Part shown: positions 53,304-64,000 of the stretch, one piece after another
Layout: every line of letters starts with the position of its first letter
Numbering within the stretch: position 1 is the first letter of the stretch
Origin: Podarcis cretensis
Lineage: Eukaryota
Assembly (NCBI GenBank): GCA_951804945.1
Contig: OX638160.1
Location: 18,290,001-18,354,000 of the forward strand
DNA length: 64,000 nt
Direction of reading: 5' to 3'
Translations under genes and position numbers: made by a program
The notes under the pieces: generated by a model
Told to the model about the DNA's origin: nothing
What the model saw: the letters and a program-made list of their open reading frames with translations, nothing else
Database searches by the model: none

Positions 53304-53304
<1 letters not shown>
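52481..53304 (+). mobile_element. L2 LINE 3' ~820 bp (pseudogenised ORF2 C-terminus + 3' end)
   Basis: RLRLNPDKTEVL…SLGVILDSQLSMEAQV…LQLIQNAAARLVTG…AFSVVAPALWNALPPDVK with in-frame stops. It ends in a simple-repeat tail. Confidence 0.96.
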
Positions 53305-53359
<55 letters not shown>

Positions 53360-53386
53360 CATCATCATCGTCATCATCATCATCAT
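53305..53386. repeat. (TTA)n(TCA)n compound microsatellite = L2 tail
   Basis: Directly visible, contiguous with the L2 3' end. Confidence 0.95.
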
Positions 53387-54282
53387 CCCCTGGAAATGAA
53401 TGGAACTTCTTTCCAACTTAACGTACTACCATACATACCAGGAGAGTTTGTAGCTTAACTGTCACGGTTGCAATCTGTCAAGCAAGATAAAACTAGCAAG
53501 CAAATGGATAGTTGGCACACAGCTTGTACGAAAACTGTTGCCATGAAAGCTGAAGATTAATTATACCCCTCCCATTGCAGCTATATAGGAACATTCCTGG
53601 ATTCATATGCTTCAAGATTAGGCCTCCTGGAACCTTAGTTGACCGAACGAGTTCAAAAGCTTCTTCTGTCTTAAACCAAAACAAATTCTGCCTATCCCTG
53701 ATGCAGATCAGTGGAAAGCTGTGCAGGGCATGTCCTAATATTGGCTCCAAGCACAACAGGTTTGTGATTAACCGTTCAAGAATGTTTTAGTTGCTCATTT
53801 GCTATAGTCTAACAATGCCCTTGGCTCAGTACCACCTGCTCTCTCCATGACAGAGTTTGCAATCTGATTCATCTAGGGTAAACAAAGCACACTTGTAATA
53901 AATGAACTGCAAACCAGAGTGAAGACTTGGGTCTCTGTCTGCTCTACATTCCGTGTCCATGCTCTGGTCATCTCTTGTCTAGAAGAGATTACTGAATCTC
54001 CTGTCTCTTTGCTGTTTCTCCAGTCATGTTCTAACTTGCTTGGTTGATTGAGAAATGTGTCTCCTATGTAAGGTTCTTTTTCTGACTTAGTCCAGCAGCT
54101 AAGGCCTTGCAACTGTCCATTTTAACCTCTTCTGATAGCTACCTGTCAGTCTGCATTGACTTCAAACTCCCTGTCCTTGGCTGCACTCCAAAATGAGTGT
54201 TTATATGTGACTATAAGAGAGTCATTTGTGTAAGGGGAGATTCCTTTGTGCTGGTTCCCACCATCCAGTTGGTGGGTATTGT

Positions 54283-54500
54283 TGAGTTAGAAATGGATCA
54301 GAAAACGTCAACCAAAATGATCAAAGGGATGGAGTTGCAGTGAAGAAAGGCTGCAGTGTTTCAGACTTTTTAGTTTAGAGAAAAAGTGAGTAAGAGGTGA
54401 CATGATAGAAGTTTATAAAATCTTGCATGGCATGGAGAAGGTGGATAGTGAAAAGTCCCACCCCCATAACACTAGAATTCATGGGCATCCAATGAAGCTT
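54283..54500 (+). mobile_element. CR1 ORF2 C-terminal fragment
   Basis: caaccaaaatgatcaaagggatggag…tttagtttagagaaaaag…agaggtgacatgatagaagtttataaaatcttgcatggc (RGDMIEVYKILHG). Confidence 0.85.
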
Positions 54501-55033
54501 TTATGGTGCACCTGTGGAACAGTGGCCTGTTGGAGTCAGAGGATTGGACCAGCTAGCCCTGCCCATGAACCATAAGAACTTAGCTGTGGCTCATTTCCAG
54601 GGAACAAGGCTATTTGTGGGGTGCAATGAGGGTGAGGGCACACCCCAATCAGTGATTGTTGTGGATGGCTTCACTCCTGGGTGAGAGATTGGAGCAGCCA
54701 AGGTGGGCGGGCTGTGAGTTAACCTGGCTTCCAAGTGAGAGATGGATTGTTGGGGAGTTGTATTTGTGTTGAGAGCATGAATGAAGGTCACAAATGTGAA
54801 GTATTTGATGATTTTGCTATTTCATATTGCCTTGTTGTAGTCATTGCACTTCCTGCATCATTCTTTTATGTTATTCCACTTTGGGCCAAACAGAAGCAAA
54901 CAAACAAACTAATATGGTGCTGATTTAAATGGACCAATAGTCTGAATGCATACAGGGCAAGTTGACATTTGGTTTTTCATTGGCAGAGAGATTTTGAGTG
55001 TGTGAGGAGGGGACACCTTCAAACAGGCCGTAG

Positions 55034-55372
<339 letters not shown>

Positions 55373-57241
55373 TAGTCCTAATTGCAAATCAGAGTGAGCC
55401 TTGGGTCATCAGATGGTGTATGACCACAAACCTCATAGTCCCCAGGCAGCATGGTCAATGTTCAGGAATGGGAGTTGCCATCCACCCCCATCTGGGGGCC
55501 CAAGGTTGAGGAAAGCTGGGATAGATTGTGGGAGACAAACAAAAAATTCCAGTATTGTCACCGTAGCACACTCAAATAATTTGAAGGCAAGAATTAAATT
55601 AAGCAAGAAAGTATACTTAGTTGAAACATGAGAGTGTTGCGTGTTAAGATCTTTTTAAAGGCATAACAGTCCTAAAGACCCTGTGGAATGTATCTCCTCC
55701 TTTAACAGGAATGTGGCCCTGGTCAGTATCTGGTTTTACTAGAAAAAGGTGGAGGCCCTTTCTCATACCTCAAAGTGGACTGAAAGCAAGTCTCACTGAT
55801 ACAGCCAACCACTCCCTCCACACACCTCTCTTGACTCCAAGACAGCCGTTGGGAGGGGATGTGAGAAGTCAGATGACACACTCTAGTGGGTAGATTTGGC
55901 TGTGAGGCCTCCATTTGTTAGTCCTTTCTGTAATGAAGTGGATTAAACTTCCAAAAAGGCGGCAGCGGCAGCGGCGGTGTGTGTGTCTTCTGAAAAGATT
56001 GTACAGGCAGAACTCTCTTAAGATGACATGAATGCATGTAACTCCCCCCCCCCCCATTTTACTATGTGGCTTTTACATTTTTAAAGGTAACTTGTCATCG
56101 CTCATGGTATCCCAAAGACTTGAGCATATTTGAGGTTTTGTTCTTCTAGCACAACTTTTAATACTGACACTGTGTGTGGGTGTTTTTATGTCAACAGTTT
56201 ATGGCTCACAGCTCTTGACTGCTGCATTAAACAGGCAACCTCATTACTGTATTACAATAGTAAATGCTATTGTGTCTGTGTCAGCAGGTGATATACCTGT
56301 CCGACAACTGAAGATTATCTCCCCCCACCCCCACTCCTCATTCTCCCAAGTTCTCTCCCCTTTCTTGTGATGACAGTCTCTCAAGTTGTTGGCACTGTGT
56401 TCATGGGGATGTTGTAATCACTCACAGTCGTTGTAGAACTGCTGGATTGCCTTGAATTGGTCATTTGAGTCTCCTTGCTTGTTTCTGCCAAATGCTTCTG
56501 CCCATAGTGTTTGCCAACGGCATACCTTTCTACACCCACTTGGAGTATAGCTGGCTTTTGATGCTTAGCCATTCTTTCCCCTTGTCATGAATGGTTTTCA
56601 TTGTACATTGTTAAACCTTCTCTATTTATAGCTCAGTCAACTTGGTATTGTGTCCTCTGGCCTGCACGCTCTCAGGCGGGGTATTTGAACATGTGCTTTT
56701 GAGGATCTGTTTAAAGGCTACTGCACATACAAGTTGCAGTCCTAAATGTGCAGGGGCTCCTTGTTTCCCCACCCCCACCCCCATAAAAAGGAATGCTTAG
56801 CTCAAAATGGTTTCTTGCTGTCTTTATGTTCAACACAGAATGTCTTTCAGTTCTCCTTATGACTGGCTCAGAATGGTTTTCGGTTGTCTTCCGGTGAATA
56901 GAGTAAGCTGGAGAAGGGGCAGAGTTTTCTGGTCACAGCTCCTGATATCTGGTCCTGTTATTTTGCTGCAGTTGTTTTCAGTATATGGAGGGGGAGTTGA
57001 TAATGACAGCCCACTAAGATCTATGAGAAAGCTAAAGCAGATTATAAAGGAGAGAGACCCACATATGTCTAGCATAATCTTGAACCTTCCTTTGGGAAAA
57101 GATGGGCTACGCATTCATTCAAGTAAGGAGCAAAACACTATAACCTCCAGACTGTCTTTGTATGAACAAAGCCAAATTTTCATTTCCGTATAACATTTTG
57201 TAAGCTGGTCACAGGTTGTGTTGAATTAAGTTCTGCTCAGA

Positions 57242-58215
57242 GTTGTTGTTGTTTGTTGTTGTTTAGTCGTTTAGTCGTGTCCTACTCTTCGTGACCCCAT
57301 GGACCAGAGAACGCCAGGCACTCCTGTCCTCCACTGCCCCCCGCAGCTTGGTCACACTCATGCTGGTAACCTCGAAAACACTATCCAACCATCTCGTCCT
57401 CTGTCGCCCCCTTCTCCTTGTGCCCTCCATCTTTCCCAACATCAGGGTCTTCTCCAGGGAGTCTTCTCTTCTCATGAGGTGGCCAAAGTACTGGAGCCTC
57501 AGCTTCACAATCTGTCCTTCCAGTGAGCACTCAGGGCTGATTTCCTTCAGAATGGAGAGGTTTGATCTTCTTGCAGTCCATGGGACTCTCAAGAGTCTCC
57601 TCCAGCACCATAATTCAAAAGCATCAATTCTTCGGCGATCAGCCTTCTTTATGGTCCAGCTCTCACTTCCATACATCACTACTGGGAAAACCATGGCTTT
57701 AACTATACGGACCTTTGTTGGTAAGGTGACGTCTCTACTTCTCAAGATGCTGTCTAGGCCTGTCATTGCCCTTCTCCCAAGAAGCAGGCGTCTTTTAATT
57801 TCGTGGCTGCTGTCACCATCTGCAGTGATCATGGAGCCCAAGAAAGTAAAATCTCTCACTGCCTCCATTTCTTCCCCTTCTATTTGCCAGGAGGTGATGG
57901 GACCAGTAGCCATGATCTTCGTTTTTTTGATGTTGAGCTTCAGACCATATTTTGCACTCTCCTCTTTCACCCTCAATAAAAGGTTCTTTAATTCCTCCTC
58001 ACTTTCTGCCATCAAGGTTGTGTCATCTGCATATCTGAGGTTGTTGATATTTCTTCCGGCAATCTTAATTCCGGCTAGGGATTCATCCAGCCCAGCCTTT
58101 TGCATGATGAATTCTGCATATAAGTTAAATAAGCAGGGAGACAAAATGCAGCCTTGTCGTACTCCTTTCCCAATTTTGAACCAGTCAGTTGTTCCATATC
58201 CAGTTCTAACTGTAG
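57242..58215 (-). mobile_element. BovB LINE, 5'-truncated (~970 bp), RT C-terminal half still an open frame
   Basis: The 293-aa ORF 57263-58144 has LFNLYAE…NNLRYADDTTL and the BovB C-terminus. The frame extends upstream (TVRTGYGTTDWFKIGKGVRQGCIL). (CAA)n tail. Confidence 0.97.
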
Positions 58216-58761
58216 ACCCAGTGAAATTAATGAACCTAAGCCATGTCCATGAACTTCAGTGTGTCATCATAGGTCTTCGGCTATTCTTCCATGAGCTGCA
58301 GAAAGTTTTATGGCACTAAACTCTAGAAATGTTTTTATATTGGTTTTATGTCATATCCACACTGGCATAACCTTTTGAGAGCCTTTCTGGAAGGTCAGAT
58401 TCCTCGACAATCAGTTGCTCATTGAATTCAGATTTGCTTTTGCATTTCCAGATCAGGCAAAGCGTAGTTGATCTTTGTACAGTGCAAACATTTCCTAATA
58501 GTTGTCTCTTTCTGTTGTAGAGAGATACAGAAGAGATACATTTTCCTAAAGGGTTGGTGTGTGCTTTAAAACAATGTTGTTATTCTTTCAACAGTGTTTA
58601 AAATTAGTGTTTCTATTGCTACATTCATGTTTGAACTGTAAAAAGAATAACTATGAAAAAGTGAGTTAAGGATGTGATTGAACAAAATGCCCCCTCTCCC
58701 CCAAAAATCTGTGGCAAAGTAGCTTGCATAGGCATCTTAGACATTGTGCTGACATGGTGGA

Positions 58762-58944
58762 GGGGCTTTAACTAATTGGTAGAGCCCCTACAATGCATGT
58801 AGGAAGTCCCAGGTTCAATCTCTAGTATCTACAATTAGTCAATTGAAACCCTAGAGAGCCACTTCCTGTCATTGTGTAGGCAATACAGAGCTTGATGGGC
58901 CCCATGACCTGATTCAGCATAAGGCAGCTTCTTGAGTTCCTATG
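58762..58944 (+). mobile_element. tRNA(Ala-like)-derived SINE
   Basis: gtcccaggttcaatc B box, then gaaaccctagagagcc…caatacagagcttgatggg…aaggcagcttcttgagttcctatg. Confidence 0.75.
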
Positions 58945-59352
58945 AGTGGTTTGTGTGTACTAGTGAAAGAAATCTTAAAAGGTTATAACTCTGAATAAAT
59001 GAGCTTGAAAACTGTGTACAAGATTTGTACTCAGCATCACTTCAAGAGTCTCTTGGGGTTTATTCAAAACCACGATAACACAGGAAGCTCGGGTAAAATG
59101 TATACCGCAGATGAGGAAGCCAGGCCAAGAAGATGGCCTTGTGGTTGACTAGCACAATCAGGAAAGCCGTAATAGGCAAGAGCACTTCCTTTAAAAAGTG
59201 AAAGTGCTTTCCCAAGAAAGGAAAATGAAAAAGCTTCTCAAACTCTGGAAAAAGTGCTGCATGTTTTTATGCAAAAATCAATACTGCATTCTAGAGGACA
59301 ATATTGCTATCAATGTTAAACAAAGCGTGTTCTCCCTAAAATGAGAGCACGG

Positions 59353-60114
59353 GTTGTGGTGGGGGCTCCCAGGCCAGCCCTCTGTTGCCAGGCAGGTTAA
59401 TGGTTATGGCCTGGCGCAACGATTGGCTGACCAGGTTGCTGGGGCAAATTGCATGTAGCAAATTGGGTGGGACCTTAGGCTTTAAATATTGGGGCTCACT
59501 GCTTCTGCTTTCTTTCGCAGTGTGCATCGGATCGCCCGCCCGCCCGCCCTGTGTTCCAGTTGACCTTGCTTTGCCTGTCATGGGGTCGTCTGCCTTGGGG
59601 CAGGGGCCTAGTAGGATTTTTGCCATTTGGCTGATTGGCTGGTGCCATCTGGTTTTTGGCTACTACTTAGCAATTCGTCACAACTTGTAAGGTTGCGGTT
59701 AGGGATTGGTTATAAAAATTGGTGGAGGAGGGGTCAGGATAGGCTATGCCTGCCCCTCCAATGGTGCTGGAAGGGAATTCCATTAAAGGAATCCTGGAGC
59801 TTGCCACGATTTCGTCCAATCCCTGAAATGGGACCAGGGCCGTTAAGCCTTGGGGAGCTGGTTGGGTGAGCGGTGAGGGACTGTCGCTCAGCTCAACTGA
59901 TCCCCAACATTGTTTTCCCTTCACTGGCGTCCGATGGAGTTCAGATAGTCAGTTCTGTCCCAGGCGGGGGAACAGATAGTCATAACCAATGCCTAAGCAA
60001 CCACTCACAGATTTTGTATTTTAATAAAGTTGTAGCCAAAATAGTGCCAAAAACCTTAAACTAAAATTATGTGTGATTTGTGAATTATTTTGAGGGGTGG
60101 CTTGGGGACCTCCA
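59353..60114 (+). mobile_element. Non-coding Ngaro/DIRS-like terminal-repeat remnant (alternative: solo LTR)
   Basis: GC/CpG-richer block with ATTGG boxes, a TATA-like ctttaaata, a cgcccgcccgccc run and aataaagttgtagcc near the 3' end. It is flanked by cacgg/cacgg. The class comes from remembered motifs. Confidence 0.55.
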
Positions 60115-61384
60115 CACGGAAAGATCTATGAGGGAGGAACTAAATTGTTAGATAATAGATGGGAGAGCACTGTAGTTTTTTTAAGGGTACTGGGAATAGT
60201 AGCTCAGTGAGGTGAAAACTATAGTTCCCATGATTCTTTGGGGGAGCCATGTTCTTTAAATATATGGTGTGGATGTGACCTCAGCCTTCATTCTGGAAGA
60301 CGTCAGGCAGGTCCCTCCCCCCCCCGCCCCCGGGATGTTATCTGAGGGCAAGATGTGACATTCTGTGGCAAATCGACAAATTGTTAAAGAACTTTAAATG
60401 TGAAACTTCTGATATTCTAAACAGAAATAGGCGACTCGCCTTTACAGTTTGCTGCCTTGACAGAGGGTTGGCGGGTAGCTTATTAATGCCATTAAAAAAA
60501 AAGATTCCTTTATCATTTGATGGAAAATCTCCATTATAGATGGAGGGTTCTAGCCGACTGCATTCTACTCAACGAAGACACATTGAAAGCAATGGATCTA
60601 AGTTATGTCTTTTAATTTCAGCAGGGTCTGGGCCCTACATATGACTAACATTGAGTACATCTCCAAATTACAAAGCGTTTAGTTGGGCTTGCTCAGCTGC
60701 CATTTTTTGTTGAAGTGACTCAAGAGGTCCATTGGGTGGCTGCGCAGCTATAAGGAGATGTGACATAATGTAAAAACGTACCTTCCCTGATTTGGCACAT
60801 GCTGAAAGACTTTGAAGGTGCTTGTGCAATGTGAGGCAGCAAGCCTTTCTCTACCTTCTCTGCGAGTGTGATGATTTGAATAGATATGGATATGCAGAGT
60901 AGGGAGATGGTGTGCTTTCTCCTGCTGGCGTAAACATAAGTCAGTGCAAAGCCATATCAGATTTGTACTGGCCTGTTTAGGAATTATTCTGCTGGTATGC
61001 GGCTGGTACTGACGGCAGAGTGTGTCCCTCCCTGCCATAATGTGCAATTATTTCAGCAATTATTATGATATTTCTTACCACTCCCTCTCCCCTCACCCTG
61101 GTAAACCTTTACCTCTCTGATGCTTGAAAGAAGACTCTGATAATAATTTTTAAATGTATTTTTTTAATGAGCTGGTACATCATAGGGGCTAGGAGTTTGT
61201 GCTTCGGGTCAAGGAGTTCAAATCTTAAATAGCCTACTGTTCAGAACTTAGCCAAATTTGAACATGATGATAAACAGACTTTCTGGCTAATTGTGAAGGG
61301 TGATTGGGTGGCATGCACAAGCACACCAGTCACTCTGAATAAAGCACAATAAGCCAGAAAATCTGTCATACTGTTACAAGCAAA

Positions 61385-61535
61385 TGTGACTTCACCCTCT
61401 CTCAGCTTTATCTCCCCGCCCCCCCAATCTCTGTAATATGGGAATAATAGTTCTCATCTACTTTACAGGGTTGTTATAAGAATTATAACCAGATAATGTA
61501 TGTGAAGCACTTTGAACACTTCAAAGCACTATAAT
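61385..61535 (+). mobile_element. MIR-like SINE core/tail
   Basis: atctctgtaatatgggaataatagttctcatctactttacagggttgttataagaatt…gataatgtatgtgaagcactttg. Confidence 0.75.
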
Positions 61536-62894
61536 GGAGAATAAACATGTTCCCCATTTATCGTTGTAACAGCTTCCTTTGTGGTCTGTTGTGCTACGGT
61601 TGCTAAAGGCTGTCAGCTATTCGTTTCCTCACCTTTTGCTTAGGAATATAGAAATGATGTCAACTGTGTTTGCAGTCACCTGTTTTCCAGTGGAGAAGCA
61701 TAAATTCCTTCGCTTGGCTTCCCATCCCTTAATATTCAGTCAGCATTTTTGCTCCCTTATAACTCTTCATCTCTTATTTATGCACTTGGGAGTGCCGAGA
61801 TGCAAAGCGAGGCGATGAGGGGGTAGGAAAGTGGAGGTGTCTAGACCAGATTTCCCCATCAGTACATCAGCGTTGCTGCCCTTGATTTGTGAGGTTGTTT
61901 GTCCTGCCTCCTACTCCTGCTTTGCAAAACAGATTAGGGTGCTATCTTCTTCTTGTTGATCAGGCACATCCTCTGCAAAGACTTGAGAAAGGGAGCCCAA
62001 GGAATTTTGTTGTGTGCTTTTGTTTTGAGAACTGTAGGTGGTGGGGACGAGAAGTTCATTTTAGTAGATCAGTGCTGAACTGGAGTTCATAAAACATTCA
62101 TTGCACAGAGCCATGTTAAGTGATCAAATTGCTGCTGAAATTTCCAGCGAGATAACAAATTGCTTTATGTGCAGAACCCCATTTTAAAGCTCTGCAAGGG
62201 TTCTTTATCCGTTTAATTAATGTCTGGCTGTTATTTGCCTGGCTGTAGAAAATGCAGGGTTTAAGCAGCTGAAGCGCTGTGAGCAGGGTGTGGGGTGTGG
62301 GGGAGAGACGATTGAAGGAAGTACAGTAAAGCAGCTGGAGATGAGGCTAGAGTATTTTACATATTGGTAGCCTGATTCTTTTTTTTAATTTCCCTTGACC
62401 CTCTCAGACTTCTATTTACACAGATGTAAGTCCTGCTGAACTCAATCAGCAGCAAGTGATTGAGGTGAGCAAAAGAAAGCTGACCTCTTTCCCCCTGTAG
62501 CCTCTGTTAGGAATCTGATTCATAATGCCGTATGTAGCTTGTGCCATTTGTTTCTAAAGCTCCTCATTGTAAGTCTGAATTGCTTCTAAAACACAGTACA
62601 GTCATGCCATATGTGTTGATGACCGGGAGAGCAGAAGCTTTCATGGTCCAATCTGCTGCAGTGGTAATTGCTGTTTGAAATACATTTTGTAGCAATGTTG
62701 TGAGCATTGCTCATGTTCTTCCACCAGCATTGCCCAGCTGCTTAGTAGTGAGGGAGAGGTCCTTTGCACATGCTCAGAGGCATCCTTCTTTATTATTTCA
62801 CATGTTTGTGGGCTCCAGAATCAAACTGAACCCTGTGAGCCCTGTGTGATCAGCTTATGCTTATGCCTTCTTTGAATGTTCATCTATAGGGGGA

Positions 62895-63072
62895 GGGGTC
62901 ATAGCTCAGTGGTTTCTGTGTTGCATGCAGAAAGTCCTAGGTTTAATCCCTGGCATCTCCAGGTAGGAAATCCTGCCTGCAGTCCTGGAGAACTGTTGCT
63001 TATCAGTGCGTAGTGCATACTGAGCTAGATGGACCAATGGTTTCTGCCTCTGTATAAGGCAACTTCCTATGT
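62895..63072 (+). mobile_element. tRNA(Ala-like)-derived SINE
   Basis: ggggtcatagctcagtgg…ttgcatgcagaaagtcctaggtttaatccctggcatctccagg…tactgagctagatggaccaatgg…tataaggcaacttcctatg. Confidence 0.82.
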
Positions 63073-63616
63073 TTGCATTATTCCCATCCATCCCTGGAAT
63101 GTCTAATGAATGATTCAGATATAGAATAGCAGGTGACCTTCTGCTGGGGATGGAACACCTCTGAGGCCTAGATTTGCCATTAATGTAAAGGTGCTCCTGC
63201 ATGCATTTCTTCCTGTTCATGCTCTCTGATATGCTCACATAGCTGTGTTCTGGTTTTACTTTCTCTCTCTGTTGTCTTCCCACATTCTTTCTGTAAAATT
63301 GTTCCTTCCTTGGAGCAGAGATTTCTTTGTTTGTTGTGGCTATGTCATAAAGCATTGTGCTATTGCCATCATAATGTATGGTTATTTCAAATTAGAGCTG
63401 ATGATTGGACTGCTTTCAAGTAGCAAAGGCCATTTCATTACTTTAGAGCAAGGGTGCAGAACATTTTTCAACCCAAGGACTACTTTATCTCAAGTCCAGC
63501 CTCCTGGTGGTCGAGCCAAAACAAAAATGCGTAGTGCCAAAGCCCGGTGGGTGGAGCTAAATCAAGCAGTGCCACCCAGCATGCTCTAAATCATATACAG
63601 TACCCCTCATACATAA

Positions 63617-63960
63617 GGGACGTGGGTGACGCTGTGGTCTAAACCACTGAGCCTTTTGGGCTTGCTGATCAGAAGGTTGGCGGTTCAAATCCCTGCGACG
63701 GGGTGAGCTCCCGTTGCTTGGTCCTAGCTCCTGCCCACCTAGCAGTTCAAAAGAACTTCAAAGTGCAAGTAGATAAATAGGTACCACTCTGATGGGAAGG
63801 TAAGCAGTGTTTCCGTGCGCTGCTCTGGTTTGCCACATGACCCGGAAGCTGTCTGCGAACAAACGCCGGCTCCCTCGGCCTATAGAGCGAGATGAGCGCG
63901 CAACCCCAGAGTCATCCGCGACTGGACCTAGCGGTCAGGGGTACCTTTACCCTTACCTTT
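63617..63960 (+). mobile_element. Sauria SINE
   Basis: gggacgtgggtgacgctgtggtctaaacc…aaagtgcaagtagataaataggtacc…(acctttt)-like tail. Degenerate TSD tacccctca(ta)cata. Confidence 0.95.
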
Positions 63961-64000
63961 ACCCCTCACACATACACAATATACATCTCTATATGCTTAC

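Noticed and set aside
56807-57193. 128-aa ORF downstream of exon 2 as an alternative PARD3 exon
   Set aside because: No resemblance to PARD3 or any family I recognise.
57291-58319. 342-aa + strand ORF
   Set aside because: Antisense shadow frame of the BovB RT.

Overview
This is CpG-depleted, repeat-rich vertebrate genomic DNA from a squamate reptile, probably a lacertid lizard. The taxon is inferred from Sauria SINEs, BovB LINEs and a tRNA-Lys/CR1-tail SINE. The only host coding sequence I can recognise is one 102-bp, phase 0/0 exon on the + strand (55094-55195). It encodes [34 protein letters not shown], which is exon 2 of PARD3 (N-terminal PB1-like oligomerisation domain). The window therefore most likely covers the 3' part of PARD3 intron 1, exon 2 and the start of intron 2. 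The rest is layered transposon remnants: L2, CR1, BovB, RTE-X-like and L1-like LINE fragments; several SINE families; Tc1/mariner-, hAT- and Harbinger-type MITEs; a solo LTR; and an Ngaro/DIRS-like or LTR-like element. There are also microsatellites and one 142-N assembly gap. Nearly all ORFs in the track are spurious or TE-derived. I found no convincing new multi-gene system. The best leads are a Leu->Arg change in the conserved PARD3 exon, a sense-oriented promoter/acceptor/polyA cassette in intron 2, two unusually structured palindromic elements, and an orphan insert flanked by an 18-bp direct repeat. Family names come from memory of consensus sequences, not from a database search.
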